From: Fimicolochytrium jonesii
Lineage: Eukaryota
Length of the DNA stretch: 64,000 bases
Assembly (NCBI RefSeq): GCF_025526975.1
Contig: NW_026515694.1
Span: 62,001-126,000, forward strand
Reading direction: 5' to 3'
Part shown: piece after piece, positions 36,188-47,863 of the stretch
Numbering within the stretch: position 1 is the stretch's first letter
How the letters are laid out: every line of letters begins with the position of its first letter
Translations under genes and position numbers: made by a program
Notes under the pieces: generated by a model
The model's database searches: none
The model's input: only the letters and a program-made list of their open reading frames with translations
What the model was told of the DNA's origin: nothing

Positions 36188-39100
36188 CCCCCCTTAGAGC
36201 GAAGTGTCACATCACACATCACACACGACGTCCGCTTAGGGACACCTTTGCCTCAAACACACAAAGGGGACAGCCTAAAGAAGGCTCTCAAGCGACAGCG
36301 AGTGTGTAATGAGGTGCTGCAGGTGTCACCTTAGAGCGGGGAAGCGCGTAGGGCATGAGATCACGGGTAGCATAGATTATATTGGAGTCCTACGCTCTGG
36401 GGTGACTCCCGAAGGGAAGAAAAGCCTTCGGGCGGCGTCCCGGGAGGTAGAAACTCTAGAATTCTTTCAATACATCGAGCGGAGACAGAGCTAGCCTCTG
36501 GCAACGGACCTAGCATTATTACATGGTAGCACCATCCTTAAAGATCTCTCCGGCAACCTACGATGAGCAACTCTCAGGCGGGTGCTAATACCGCCGTCAG
36601 CTCTGCGATAGTTAACAATGACCGCTTAAAGCTTGATCCATTTGAACACCCGCATCGAAGGGCGCAACGGCTCGACAGCGACCAACGCCAAGGCAACGGC
36701 CCCGCAGAGCGTAACCGCCCCTTGCACAGGCGCAGGGGGTCACCCCCGTGGTCGCCACCTGGAAGGAGGCACTCCAGCTCACGCTCACCTTGTCGACGTC
36801 GAAGCCCGGACCCTCGACGCCAGAATCGGACGCCAGAGCGATACAGGCGCGGACGACGAGGTCGCAGGAGCATCTCCCCACCCCGTCGAAGGAGCCGCTG
36901 AGTAAGCCGCTACCGCAGCCGCTCCCCGGCGAGGACCCGAAGCCGCTCCCCCATGCGGCGCACGAGCCGTACCCCAGCCCGACAAGAGAACGGACAGGCA
37001 ACAATCCTCCAAATCCTAGCCCAGCTGGCCAACACCAACGCCCAACTCCAGCAGCAATTCGAGCGCCTGGAGAGGGACTGCCCAGATGACAGCCCCTTCG
37101 CTGGAGTACGGGTTAGCCGCGAGGACCATTTGGCGGCTAGCGAAGAGCGTAAGCGCAAGGCGGCCACCGAGAAGGAGTTCCGAACCACCTTGGCTAAGAT
37201 GCTGACCAAGTTTGACGGTAAGGCTAATGGTAAAGACATGGTCGCCAAACTGGACGAGTTCGTCGACGCCCACCTACGCTATCTGGAAGTTACCGAATTC
37301 AGAACAGAGGACGGGGATGTGAAACACTTCGTAGCCCACTTGTTGGGAGACGCCGCTGAGTGGTGGAAGCTCGAGGCTCGCTCCGGAGAGCCTTCCGCCA
37401 CCCAGGAACGGTTCCTGAAGGCACTCAGGCGCAGGTTCTACCCCGCCAACCTCCGTAATTCGGTCGAGGCGAAACTGGCCGCCCTGAAGTTCAAAGACAG
37501 CATGTCCGACTACGTTCCGGCCTTCAACGTACTGACCACACAGATCGTTATCCTCCCCAAAAAGGAACATCTCACTCCGCGACAGGAACGTGAGTACTTC
37601 CTGAACGGGCTGACCTTCCACCAGGTCGGACGTCGCATCCGTGAGCAGTGCTACCAGTTCATCCTACAACAGGGCAATGAGGACGAAGACATCCCCATCA
37701 AGACCCTTCAGGGAGCCGCCCAGAGGGCCTTCCGCATCGGGGGTTATGCCGACGGGATTGCCCACATTTCGGAGGACGGCAAACGGGTCCAACCCGGAAC
37801 GGCCACTCCGGCCCAGGCTTGCGACAAGCGCGATACGCCCCCCACCTTCAACTCCAACCGAGTACCCCTTGGGAAGGAGAGGAAAACTCAGCGAGGCGAA
37901 TGTCACACTTGCGGCAGCAAGGACCACTACGCCCGGGCGTGCCCTAAGAACCCGGACGGACTCAAGATCTCGGCGGCGCCCGCCAAGGCCTTCAATGATG
38001 ACAACGACAAGTTTCATTTGGCCGCGGAGGAGCCCCCGAGCCGCGCATACTCCATCGACAGTCAGGATTTTCTGCCCAGGGCCTGACCGCCTGCAGCGCC
38101 TCAGCGTCCAGATAACCCGAGGGACCTACCGGACCCCGACTGCAGGACACCATTCCGGAATACCGCCCCACCCCCATCATCGACAAGCTCACGTTCAAGG
38201 TCCATGGACGTGTCGGCGGCATCTTCTGCCGCACCCTCATAGACACTGGTTGCAATACCATGCTCATTAGCGACTCATTTGCCCAACGCCATGATCTTAA
38301 CACGTACGACTGTCCCATGCCCCTTGAGGTGCGCTGGGGTGACAAAGCCGGATCATACGGCACCACGCGGATGATTTGTGCCAACCTCTCCGTCTTCACG
38401 GAGGAATGAATACCTCATAAGACCCCTCGGGTCCCGTTTGTCGTGGCCCCGATCCGCGCGGATGTTATCCTAGGGCTACCCTACATCTTGGACCTTGACC
38501 TCATACGCTTATGGCGCGACAATGGGTTCCCGGCGCTTCAATTTGAGGCTAACGCAACCGTACTAACTTTCCGAGCTAAACCTACCACCCGCCGATGGCA
38601 ACAACCCAGCGCTTGCGCGGCCCGGTTACTCGAACCTCATACGGGCCCTCACCCCCGCCGTTTCTACCCAAAGCGCGCGGCCTTAAATGAGGAGGGCTTC
38701 CTCACGGCCAAACAATTCAAGCGAGGAATCAAGAGGAATAAGGCCACCGAGGTCTATACCGCATGGGTCTCACGCACAGACACGGAGGTGGACCTGGCCA
38801 CAGACGACACCCTCACGGACGTCGCCGAAGCAGAGGCTAACTTCGTTCGCACGGTCGAGGCAAAGAAATGTGCGATCATTGCGGACCGAAAGGCAACGGA
38901 CACCCCTCCGGATACCACCCGGGGGATCCACTCGCATCGGTCGCCCCCGACCACCCTCTTCGCCCGACGTTGGAACAGTTTACAGATACCCTCTTCACCG
39001 AACAGACCGGCCTCCCGCCGGACCGCGACGACGACAACTTCAGCATCAACTTGAAGCCCGGCTCCAAGCCTGTCATGCTCCCACTCCGCCACTTGACCCC

Positions 39101-42100
39101 CGACGAACTCGACGAGCTACGGCAGCAACTCGAGCGCCTATCATCCCGCGGGTGGATCTCCCACTTTAAGAGCCCCTGGGGGGCACCCATACTGTTTGCC
39201 CCAAAGAAGGACGGTGGCCTCCGCTGCTGCATCGACTACCGGGCCCCTCAACAAGATGACCCATAAGGACGCCACGCCCCCTCCCAAACCTCAACGACCT
39301 TCGGGACCGCCTCGTCGGCATGAAGGTCTTCACCGCTATCGACATCCGCGATGCCTACCACTGCATCCTCATGCGGGAGGAAGACCATGAGAAGACTGCC
39401 TTCCAGACGCGCTTCGGCCACTTCCAGTACAACGTACTGCCCTTCGGGCTGACGAACGCCCCCGCGACGTTCCAACGCCTCATGAACAAACTCCTGGGTG
39501 ACAAGTACGATTCATACCTCATCTCTTACCTCGATGACATCCTTATTTTCAGCACCGACATGGACCCACACATCGGGCATGTCACTGATGTGCTCAAGAC
39601 CCTCTCGGCTCACGGCCTTCACGGTAAACCATCCAAATGTCAGTGGGCAGTGGACCAGGTCAAGTTCTGCGGGCACATGGTGGGTAAGGATGGCCTTTCC
39701 ATCGCCCCGTTCAAGGTCAAGGCTGTCCGCGCTCGACCCGAACCCACCAGCGCCCTCGAGCTCCTCTCCTTCATGGGGCTAGTCAACTATGTCAAGGAAT
39801 ACATTCCGCATTATACTGACACAGCCCTCCCACTGACCAACCTTCAATCCGGCACCCGCCCGTGGCAGTGGGGCGCCAAGGAACAAGCAGCCTTCAACAC
39901 CATCAAGGCGCTCGTCGCCGATGCCCCTTGCCGGGCGTTCTTCGACCCCGATAAGTTCCCCCTACGTCTTCTCATGGCTGGATCGTCAGGGCACGGACGG
40001 CGACTTTCCCATGCTGAACCCACTGCCCACCATGAAAAAGGGCCCCAATAACCTTCCGCGCCTCCGCGTCATCTCATATTACTCACGCAAAATGGCTCCG
40101 GCCGACACCCGATACCCGGTGCACTAACAGGAGCTCCTCGCGTTGAACAAAGTGATCCGCGCTAACCGCCATCACCTCATCGGTCGCCAATTCCGTGCAT
40201 TCGTCGACCATGAATCCCTCATATACCTCCAGAATCAGCCTCATCTCTCCCGGCGCCAGGCCGGATGGGTGGAGTTCCTTCAGGACTACGACTTCACTAT
40301 CGAATACCTCCCCGGCGAGTTCAATCACATCGCCGACATACTCAGCCGCACACCACGGTACGCCCCGAAGTGCGCCAGCTGTCAGATGAACGTCGAAGTG
40401 TTCTCCATTGTCACCGGGACACCTCTACCGGACATCACCGGCCGCCTCCCTACCGACACCAAGTGGCTCACTGCACTTGGCGATGACATGTTCTGCAAGG
40501 ACACCCTCGCCCACCTGCAGACCACCATGACAAACCCTGATGACCCCTCTACCCTCTCGGGTTTTGCGCGCCGCCTCACGCGTGACGACCGCGGCTTTGT
40601 TTTGTAGCATGGCCGCTGCTCCGTCCCCGAGGGCCTTCGGGGCCCCCTCCTCAGGTTCTATCATGACTCCCTGGCCAACGGCGGCCACTCAGGTGTCCAG
40701 CGCACCGGCGCCAAACTCCTCGCGCTCTACTACTGGCCCCTCCTCAAGCGCGAGGTCCACCAGTACGTCCGGACTTGTCCCGACTGCCAACGCAACAAGC
40801 AGGCTTCCAACTTCGGGCTCCTACGCAGCATTCCGGTCCCCGACGAGCGCTGGCGTTGCGTCGGCTTGGACATCTACTTCCCCATGACAAACTCTAAGGG
40901 GGGCGAAGCGGGAGACGAGTCCGTCATGGACAAGGGAGCCGTCCTCATCCTGGTGGACTACTTATCCAGCCGCGTAATCCTCCTCGAGACCCATGCCAAG
41001 GCAACGGCAAAGGAACTCGCCCAGCTGTTCTTTGACCAGGCCTTCCGCATCACGGGCATGCCCCACACGATCATCAGCGATTGGGACACCAAATGGACCG
41101 GCGCCTTTTGGAAGAACCTCCTGAAGTGCGCCGGCGTAGAGCAGGAACTCTCGTCGGAACGACACCAACAGACCGACGGCAAGACGGAGAATGTCATCAA
41201 GACAATCAAGAAGATGATGGTCCCCTACCTGAACTACACCGGCTCGAACTGGCGCGAGATGCTTCCCCTCCTTGAGTACACCTACAACAGGACGTCCCAG
41301 ACCTCCACGGGCATGTCACCGTACGAGATCGACATCGGGTACATCCCGAAGGTACCAGACCAATGGGGTACCAGCGACCCAACAGAGCAACTGAAACAGG
41401 CCCATCGAAAGTGCATTGAGGAGCGCATGCAGCAACTGACCGAGGTGAGCCGCATCGTTCAGCACAGACTCCGAGAGGCCCAGGACAGGCAGGCAAGATA
41501 CTACCACAGGAACAAGAATACGGATGCGTTCGTAGTAGGCAACCAGGTCCTGCTGAACCGCGAAGGCATCCAGATCAAGGGGATCTCGGCCCGAAACAAG
41601 AAGCTGTCCGCGCTGTGGATCGGGCCCTTCACCGTCAGCGGAAAAGGGCTCCACCCGGATACCTACAAGCTGGAGCTCTCCCACGAGTTCAGTGGACTAC
41701 ACCCGGTGTTCCATGTCAACATCCTACGCGGGTACAACCCTCCGGAGAACGGCCCATACCAAAAAGTGGACGCGCCACCCCCCCCGGAGGAAGTCAACGG
41801 CAAACTCGAACACCGAGTTGAAGACATCCTCGATTCCAAGTGGGTACGCAACACCGAGATGTTCCTGGTCAGATGGGCCGGCTTCGACGTGTCCCAGAAC
41901 ACCTGGGAGCCACTCCGACACGTCTGTAACACCTCGGCCCACAAGCGATATGTCCGAAAGCAAGCCGTCAAACGCCAGGAGACTTGGGAGACCAAGGCGA
42001 AGGAGAGAGCGGCAGTCTCTCGTCGCCGTAAACGTATCTGAACCTTGTACATACATCAAAACAGAGTTTCTACTGTCCGAAATGATCATTACCATTACGG

Positions 42101-42104
42101 ACTC

Positions 42105-42532
42105 ATGCGGGCGGGCACTAGTACCAAGGCCGATGATGCGGGCGGGTACATTGTACCAGGGCCTATGATGCGGGCGGGTACGTAGTACCAGGACCTATGA
42201 TGCGGGCGGGTACGAGGTACCAGGGCCTATGCGAGCGGGCAAGCGAGGTGTCAGGGCTCATGCGGGCAGGTATGCAATACCAAGGCCTAAGATGCGGGCG
42301 GGTACGAGGTACCAGGGCCCATGCGAGCGGGCAAGCGAGGTGTCAGGGCTCATGCGGGCGGGTATGCAATACCAAGGCCTAAGATGCGGGCCAGTACGAG
42401 GTACCAGGGCCTATGCGAGCGGGCAAGCGATGTGTCAGGGTTCATGTGGGCGGGTATGCAAGACCAAGGCCCAAGATGCGGGCAGGTACAAGGTACCAGG
42501 GCCTATGCAAGCGGGTGCGAGGCACCAGGGCT
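42105..42532 (+). repeat. Tandem array: ~30-bp monomers grading into a 92-bp three-subunit higher-order repeat
   Basis: ATGCGGGCGGG...ACCAGGGCCT monomers; higher-order unit starts at 42200, 42292, 42384 and 42476. Confidence 0.9.
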
Positions 42533-42622
42533 CAGAACGATCGGTGAAGTACCAAAGGGGAATGCTCCGAAGAGATCAAATTCAACAAAATATATACAAG
42601 AAAGAAGAACGATGGCGCCAGG

Positions 42623-43380
42623 CTAAATACCAGCCTGTTTGGCGAGAGACCACTGGCATCGTGTGCCGTGGCAGGCGGTCCTCATGCCACAACGCAGCGG
42701 GACAAACTGCTGGACGTTCATCTGGCTAAAGGGAACGCGTCACGTCAACGGCGGGACCTGTTGAAAATTCCCAACTGTTGTACTTACGCGCGGACATGCC
42801 CCATACACTGGATGTGGTCGCAGGGGAAGACCCGCACGTCCTAGGCCAGACAATCGCAGGCGGGCCACACACAGGTGCAGGGTAGCGCCTGGCAGAAGAG
42901 CAGTGTTTCGCACTCTTCCCCGAAACCGTTGATGTAGCCGCACGTAAACTCACCGACGGTCGTGTCGGTCTGTCGGAAAGAGACGTGAGCTGTCAGTCAC
43001 CTCACAGGAACCACCCATAACATGCGGTTCCTTACGGTGTCATCACAGAGCGGGAGGATGCAAGGCCGGCATATAACGTGCTGGCACGCCGAGAGGAACA
43101 CCTTGCGGGGGCGGTACGTTTTGCAGTTCCAACACGTCGGTCGGGCTGGTGGAGCCGGGGGCTCCGGGGTACTGTCCGAGTGCACCTTGGGGGTGTCCTG
43201 AGATAAAATTGGTCAAACCACGTAAGTTTGGTCAATTGGGCGCCCTCGTGGACTCACCACTCGCTGTTGCTTGAGAGCCTTCTTTAGGCTATCCCCTTCG
43301 GTGGGGCCCTCACCCACCCGCTTCTTGCCCGATGACGGGCCGGCAGCGGTGGGCTTGGCAGGAGGAGCTACGCTGGCCAT
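42623..43380 (-). CDS. Antisense four-exon tandem-RING zinc-finger gene inside element C (~189 aa; one in-frame TAG at 42841-42843)
   Basis: Exons 43380-43258, 43197-43036, 42969-42788 and 42725-42623. GT-AG introns of 60, 66 and 62 nt. GCCATGG start context and an upstream TATAAAAG. Two C-x-H-x2-C-x2-C/H RING-like units. Confidence 0.75.
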
Positions 43381-43940
43381 GGCGAAGAGGAGAACGGCAA
43401 CGGTGAGAGGTTACGAGATTGGGAACAAAAGATATAAGGTCCGAGGACTGGTGGAAAGGTGCCAAGGGGACTACTGCCTTCCTTTTATATGCCGCAGGGA
43501 CAAGGACCATGGCGCCCCACGACCAACTGCGGCCGAATCATCTCTACCTCATATCGGCGTGGATCTGATTGCCATCATGGTGACCACCGGTGACGCCAGC
43601 TGCTCCAGTAGAGCCTTCCGCGTTCCTCATGGCCGACACCTGTGTCAGCTCCACATCAAGCAACAGCGGGGAGCGCTTGACAGGCGCGGTCGGTGTCGGA
43701 GTGACACTTCGCTCTAAGGGGGGTGTAATGAGATGCTGCAGGTGTCACCTTAGTGCGGGGAAGCGCGTAGGGCATGAGATCACGTGTAGCATAGATTATA
43801 TTGGAGTCCTACGCTCTGGGGTGACTCCTGAAGGGAAAAGCCTTCGGGCGGCGCCCCGGGAAGTAGAAACTCTAGAATTCTTTCAATACATCGAAGCGGA
43901 GACAGAGCTAGCCTCTGGCAACGGGCCTAGCAATATTACA

Positions 43941-45959
43941 TTGACGCACTGTGTGATGTGTGTGTTTGAGGCAAAGGCGTCCCTAAGCGGACGTCGTGTG
44001 TGATGTGTGTGTGTAAGGTCGGTTTTTGCGTCGCCGCGCGTGATGTGATGTAGTTTACGTCGCTATTGTCAGCGGTGTGACTGATAGTGAGCGGTTCTTG
44101 CGGCGTGGCGCGTGTGATGTGATATGAGATGCTCTATGCTGTTCGTGCCCATATCCACAAAGATTGTGGGTGAGCTTTTCGTCATCGTTTGTAGGCAGGC
44201 GTGTAGCAAAGTGCGGATTCGGGTTCCCACGTGGGGTGAGGATAAGCGAGCCATTGGACTAGAAGATTTCGTATGGCGCGTCGCTCGTCGATGATATCTT
44301 CTACAACCCATTCAGGTTGTCCGCGTTCTTTGATTGATGGAGGAGGTTGTGGAACTGCACATTGCGGATATTGCTCTTCGCGATGTGGTCGTAAAATATC
44401 GACGTGAAAGACGGGCCAGATGCCGCTGATCTCCGATGGTGATAAATCGAGTTCATAGGTGTCAGGATGTGCTCCCAGTTCAATGATTTTGAATGGTGTG
44501 ATCCACATAGCTGAGTATCGAAGTCCTCTTCGAGCGCCTACTTCTAGGTTGATTCCTTGTCGATTTGTATCAACAAGGTCGCCAATTTTGTATGCGATTG
44601 GCGTTCGACCTTTGTCGTGTTGATGTGCAACTTGATCTTGCGATCTCTGAAGGTTTTCGCGTACGATACAGGCGATATCTTCCTGCCCTTTCTTGAAGAC
44701 TTCGATTTCGTTTCGATCTACAGCTTGAAGTTTGAGTTCCTGGCCTTTGAGTGTTGGATTCCAACCCGGAAGGATTGGAGAGCGTCTGAGATCTATTTCC
44801 AATGGCAATAAACCTTCATATTCCTCCCTCGGAGTAGTGTTGTATGCGAATTTGATTAAAGGCAGTAGTTTCTTCCAATTGCTTTTGTCGGAGTTGAGGT
44901 ATTGCTCCCAAATCCTTTTCAGGGTTTGGATGGCTCGCTCAACTTTGCCGTCAGTTTGCTGATGACGAGCCATAGCAAATTTGTGTTTGACACCGAGGAG
45001 AATATCGAATGCGAGGAAGAAGTCGGAAAGTGGGCAAGGTTCGCGATCCGTAACGAAGACTTTTGGCGTACCGACATGTTTCCAAACATGATCTAAAAAG
45101 ACTTGGGCTAGTTAGCGTCCAGTAATTGTCTTCTTGATTGGTGTCAGAATCACACAACCGGAGAGGTAATCAATGCAGACAAGACAAGAGTTTGTTTCAT
45201 CTACTTCGAAAATGTCGAATCCGATTGTGTGCCATCTTCGAAAAGGTATAGGAAGAGGTCGAAGAAATCCGTGTTGACGATGACCAGGTTTGAATTGTCG
45301 ACAGGATTTGCAAGTTCCAATGTATTTGATGACGTCGGAGCGTACGGTAGGCCAGTAGTAGTCCGTAAGAATTCTCGCGAGGATCTTCTTAACACCAAGA
45401 TGTCCTCCGGTGGCGAGTTCGTCAGGGAATTTCCGCAAAATCTTTGGGCAAATGTCTTCAGGAACGTATAGACGTCCTTCGTGTCGTACTAATCCATTTT
45501 CGAACGTATAACGGAGTTCTTTCGAAGTTTTCTCATGTTGAGGCTTTCGAGAAATTTCATCAAGATAATCCGAATATGGATCTTTGCATAGCGCTTTTTT
45601 CCATTCTTCTTCTGAGCAGGTAGGGGAATTTTGTGGATCCTCTGTCGTAGCATTGGAGGAAGGTTCGTTGACAAGCATGTTGCTGATCTGCGTATGCATG
45701 TTGAGGCGTCGTTGACAATCTACACACCGAGGCGCATAGATTGGATTGCGGGAGAGCATGTCGGCAATATGATTCCATTGTCCAGGGAAATACTGGATGT
45801 CAAAATCATACTCTTGTAGCTTCTCCACCCAATTGGCTTGTCTTCTGCTCAAATGGGGTTGCGTTTGAATGAATTCGAGTGCCTTGTGATCGCTAAAACA
45901 TCGGAAGTAACGACCGATGAGATATGGTCGATTGGCCCAACATCTTGACAAGAGCTAAT
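43941..45959 (-). pseudogene. Family B 3' part: RNH-INT-chromodomain and CA-rich 3' untranslated region
   Basis: GGHLG..YYWP..CKSC, RHQQTDGKVER and WVVEDIIDER..VQWLAYPHPTWEP. Confidence 0.88.
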
Positions 45960-47863
45960 TGTTGGGGATATCTCATCTTCACTTGTATTTCATATTATAC
46001 CTCTTTACTTCTACTTGATCCGAGACCCGGGCTGGCCACCCGAGCTCTCGGTGATACATTACATAAGGCGCCAAGCCTCATTGAAGCCACGCAAGCCCCA
46101 CTGGCAGCCCATATATAAAGCGGTCAGTCGAGCGGCCGCTGCGAAGAGCTTCTTACTTTTTTCTTCACTACAATACACTGCTCTCAGCCCTCTCGGAAGG
46201 GCCCAATATCGTCTATGTTTCCTCTGACGTTACATGGTAGCACCACCTACCGCTAGCATCACCAAGACATTCCTCGTCAACGTCGCCCCCCTACCGGACG
46301 TCGCCCTTACACTCGTTCACAAGCAAGAATGGACCACCAAACTCAAGCTATCGTTGCGGCTGTCGCAGCTGCTTTCGCTTCTCGGGGGCGTGCTGTTACG
46401 CAAGACACCCAACAAGCCGAGCGCTTCAGACTTCTTATGGACGCTCGCAAGAACAACCTCGTCGAATACGATCGCGCCAAAGCTGCCAAAAAGATTGAAG
46501 AGTTTGTTACGTCTCACAGCAACTTCATCGAGTCTCTCACTGTCCCGGCTGTACAAGCTGGACCAGACGGTACTGGAGCTGCCAACGCCATAGCCTTTAC
46601 TATGGCAGAGTACGCTCCTACGCTCACTACCTACCTCAAGGGTACTGCTCTCGAGTGGTACAATACGACTTACGCCGCCGGCGCTCCCGCGAGTTGGACA
46701 GCTTTTCAAACGGCTCCTGTCGCTCACTTTTATCCTCGCAATTTGCGTAATACTATTGAGCTCAAGCTTTCCGGCCTCAAGCTCGGTGACTCTCGCGAAA
46801 AATATATCAAAGAGTTTCAAGACACCAATAATGAGCTCGAAGCCGCTCATTGTCTTGATAACACTCAAGGCACCACTCCCCTTATCGATCAGATTCGATA
46901 CTTCAAGGCCTGTCTTCTCAAGAATACAGTAATGAGTCATTATCTCGCTGAAGCCGTTACGACCTTCGAAGTCTCGAGCACTACCAACATCAACACCCCT
47001 ATCACGCTCGATCAAGCTATCACTGCAGCCCGTCGTGCTCATGTGGCTCATGGGTTCACTGACGGCAACCAAGCCAATACGCCTCGTCCGATTGCCTCGG
47101 CATCAAGTTCTCGTGACGGCCGTGGAGCCAGTTGCGGTCGAGGTAGTTGTGGCGGTGGTCGTGGTGGACGATACGCCCCTTACACCAATCCTCGAATTAC
47201 GGAATTTGAGCAAGACTTAGATGATATGACCTTTGGGCTCAATGCCCTCGGTACGTCATACTATCCCCCTGGAGTGAGTCGTCTCACTACAGGTCAAGTT
47301 CCTTACCAGCGTCAACAGCCCTTTCGTCGACGTGGACAATGGCAAACTACCCACAGTCCTCGTCAACGTCCAACGACTCCCTGTCCCCTTTGTAACAAAA
47401 TGGGACATTGGAGAGTTGAATGCTGGTCAAATGCCGAAAATCGACAGCAAGGCTCGCAAACCTAGAACCAACGCGGTGGTTTTTGAGAGCGCAGTTGTGG
47501 CGCTCAAACTCCGCAGCGCAGTCGCCAACCTAATCAACAACAAGGTTCAGCCAATCGGGTTGATGCTGGGTCACGCATTGCGGAAATTCTCGATGACGCC
47601 GTCAACTCTGCGAATACTACGAATACTACTACAATTCAATCTTCGAGTTTTTTCCAAGGTCAATAGAGCCCCTGGGTAGCTCTGCTCGGCCTACAACATA
47701 CGATCCTACCAATAAACCTGCCTTCGAACCACTGTCTGCTGGACTCTGGGTCTCTCATTGTCGCATCGGAAACAAGTTTGCTCGTGTTCTTTTCGATAGC
47801 GGCGCAACTGGGTTATTCCTTGACAAGACATTTGTCGAAAAGCACAAATTTCCCAAGAAACGT
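45960..47863 (+). mobile_element. Family B 5' fragment: LTR 45960-46234, PBS 46235-46245, gag from 46329, -1 frameshift site, start of PR
   Basis: LTR TG...CA, TGGTAGCACCA, gag with CPLCNKMGHWRVEC, and RVLFDSGATG in the -1 frame. Confidence 0.9.

Larger units (their letters stand above)
36305..43940 (+). mobile_element. Ty3/gypsy chromovirus family C, full-length and degenerate (LTRs 36305-36523 and 43724-43940), with a ~1.7-kb extra 3' region
   Basis: TGTAAT...ATTACA LTRs, PBS TGGTAGCACCA at 36524, PPT AAGGGGGG before 43724. Gag CHTCGSKDHYARAC, PR LIDTG, RT YLDD, RNH, and INT plus chromodomain (40866-42041). Several stops and frameshifts. Confidence 0.95.

Noticed and set aside
42105..42532. 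~30-bp periodic repeats resembling a CRISPR array
   Set aside because: No unique spacers, no cas genes and a eukaryotic context; it is a tandem higher-order repeat.
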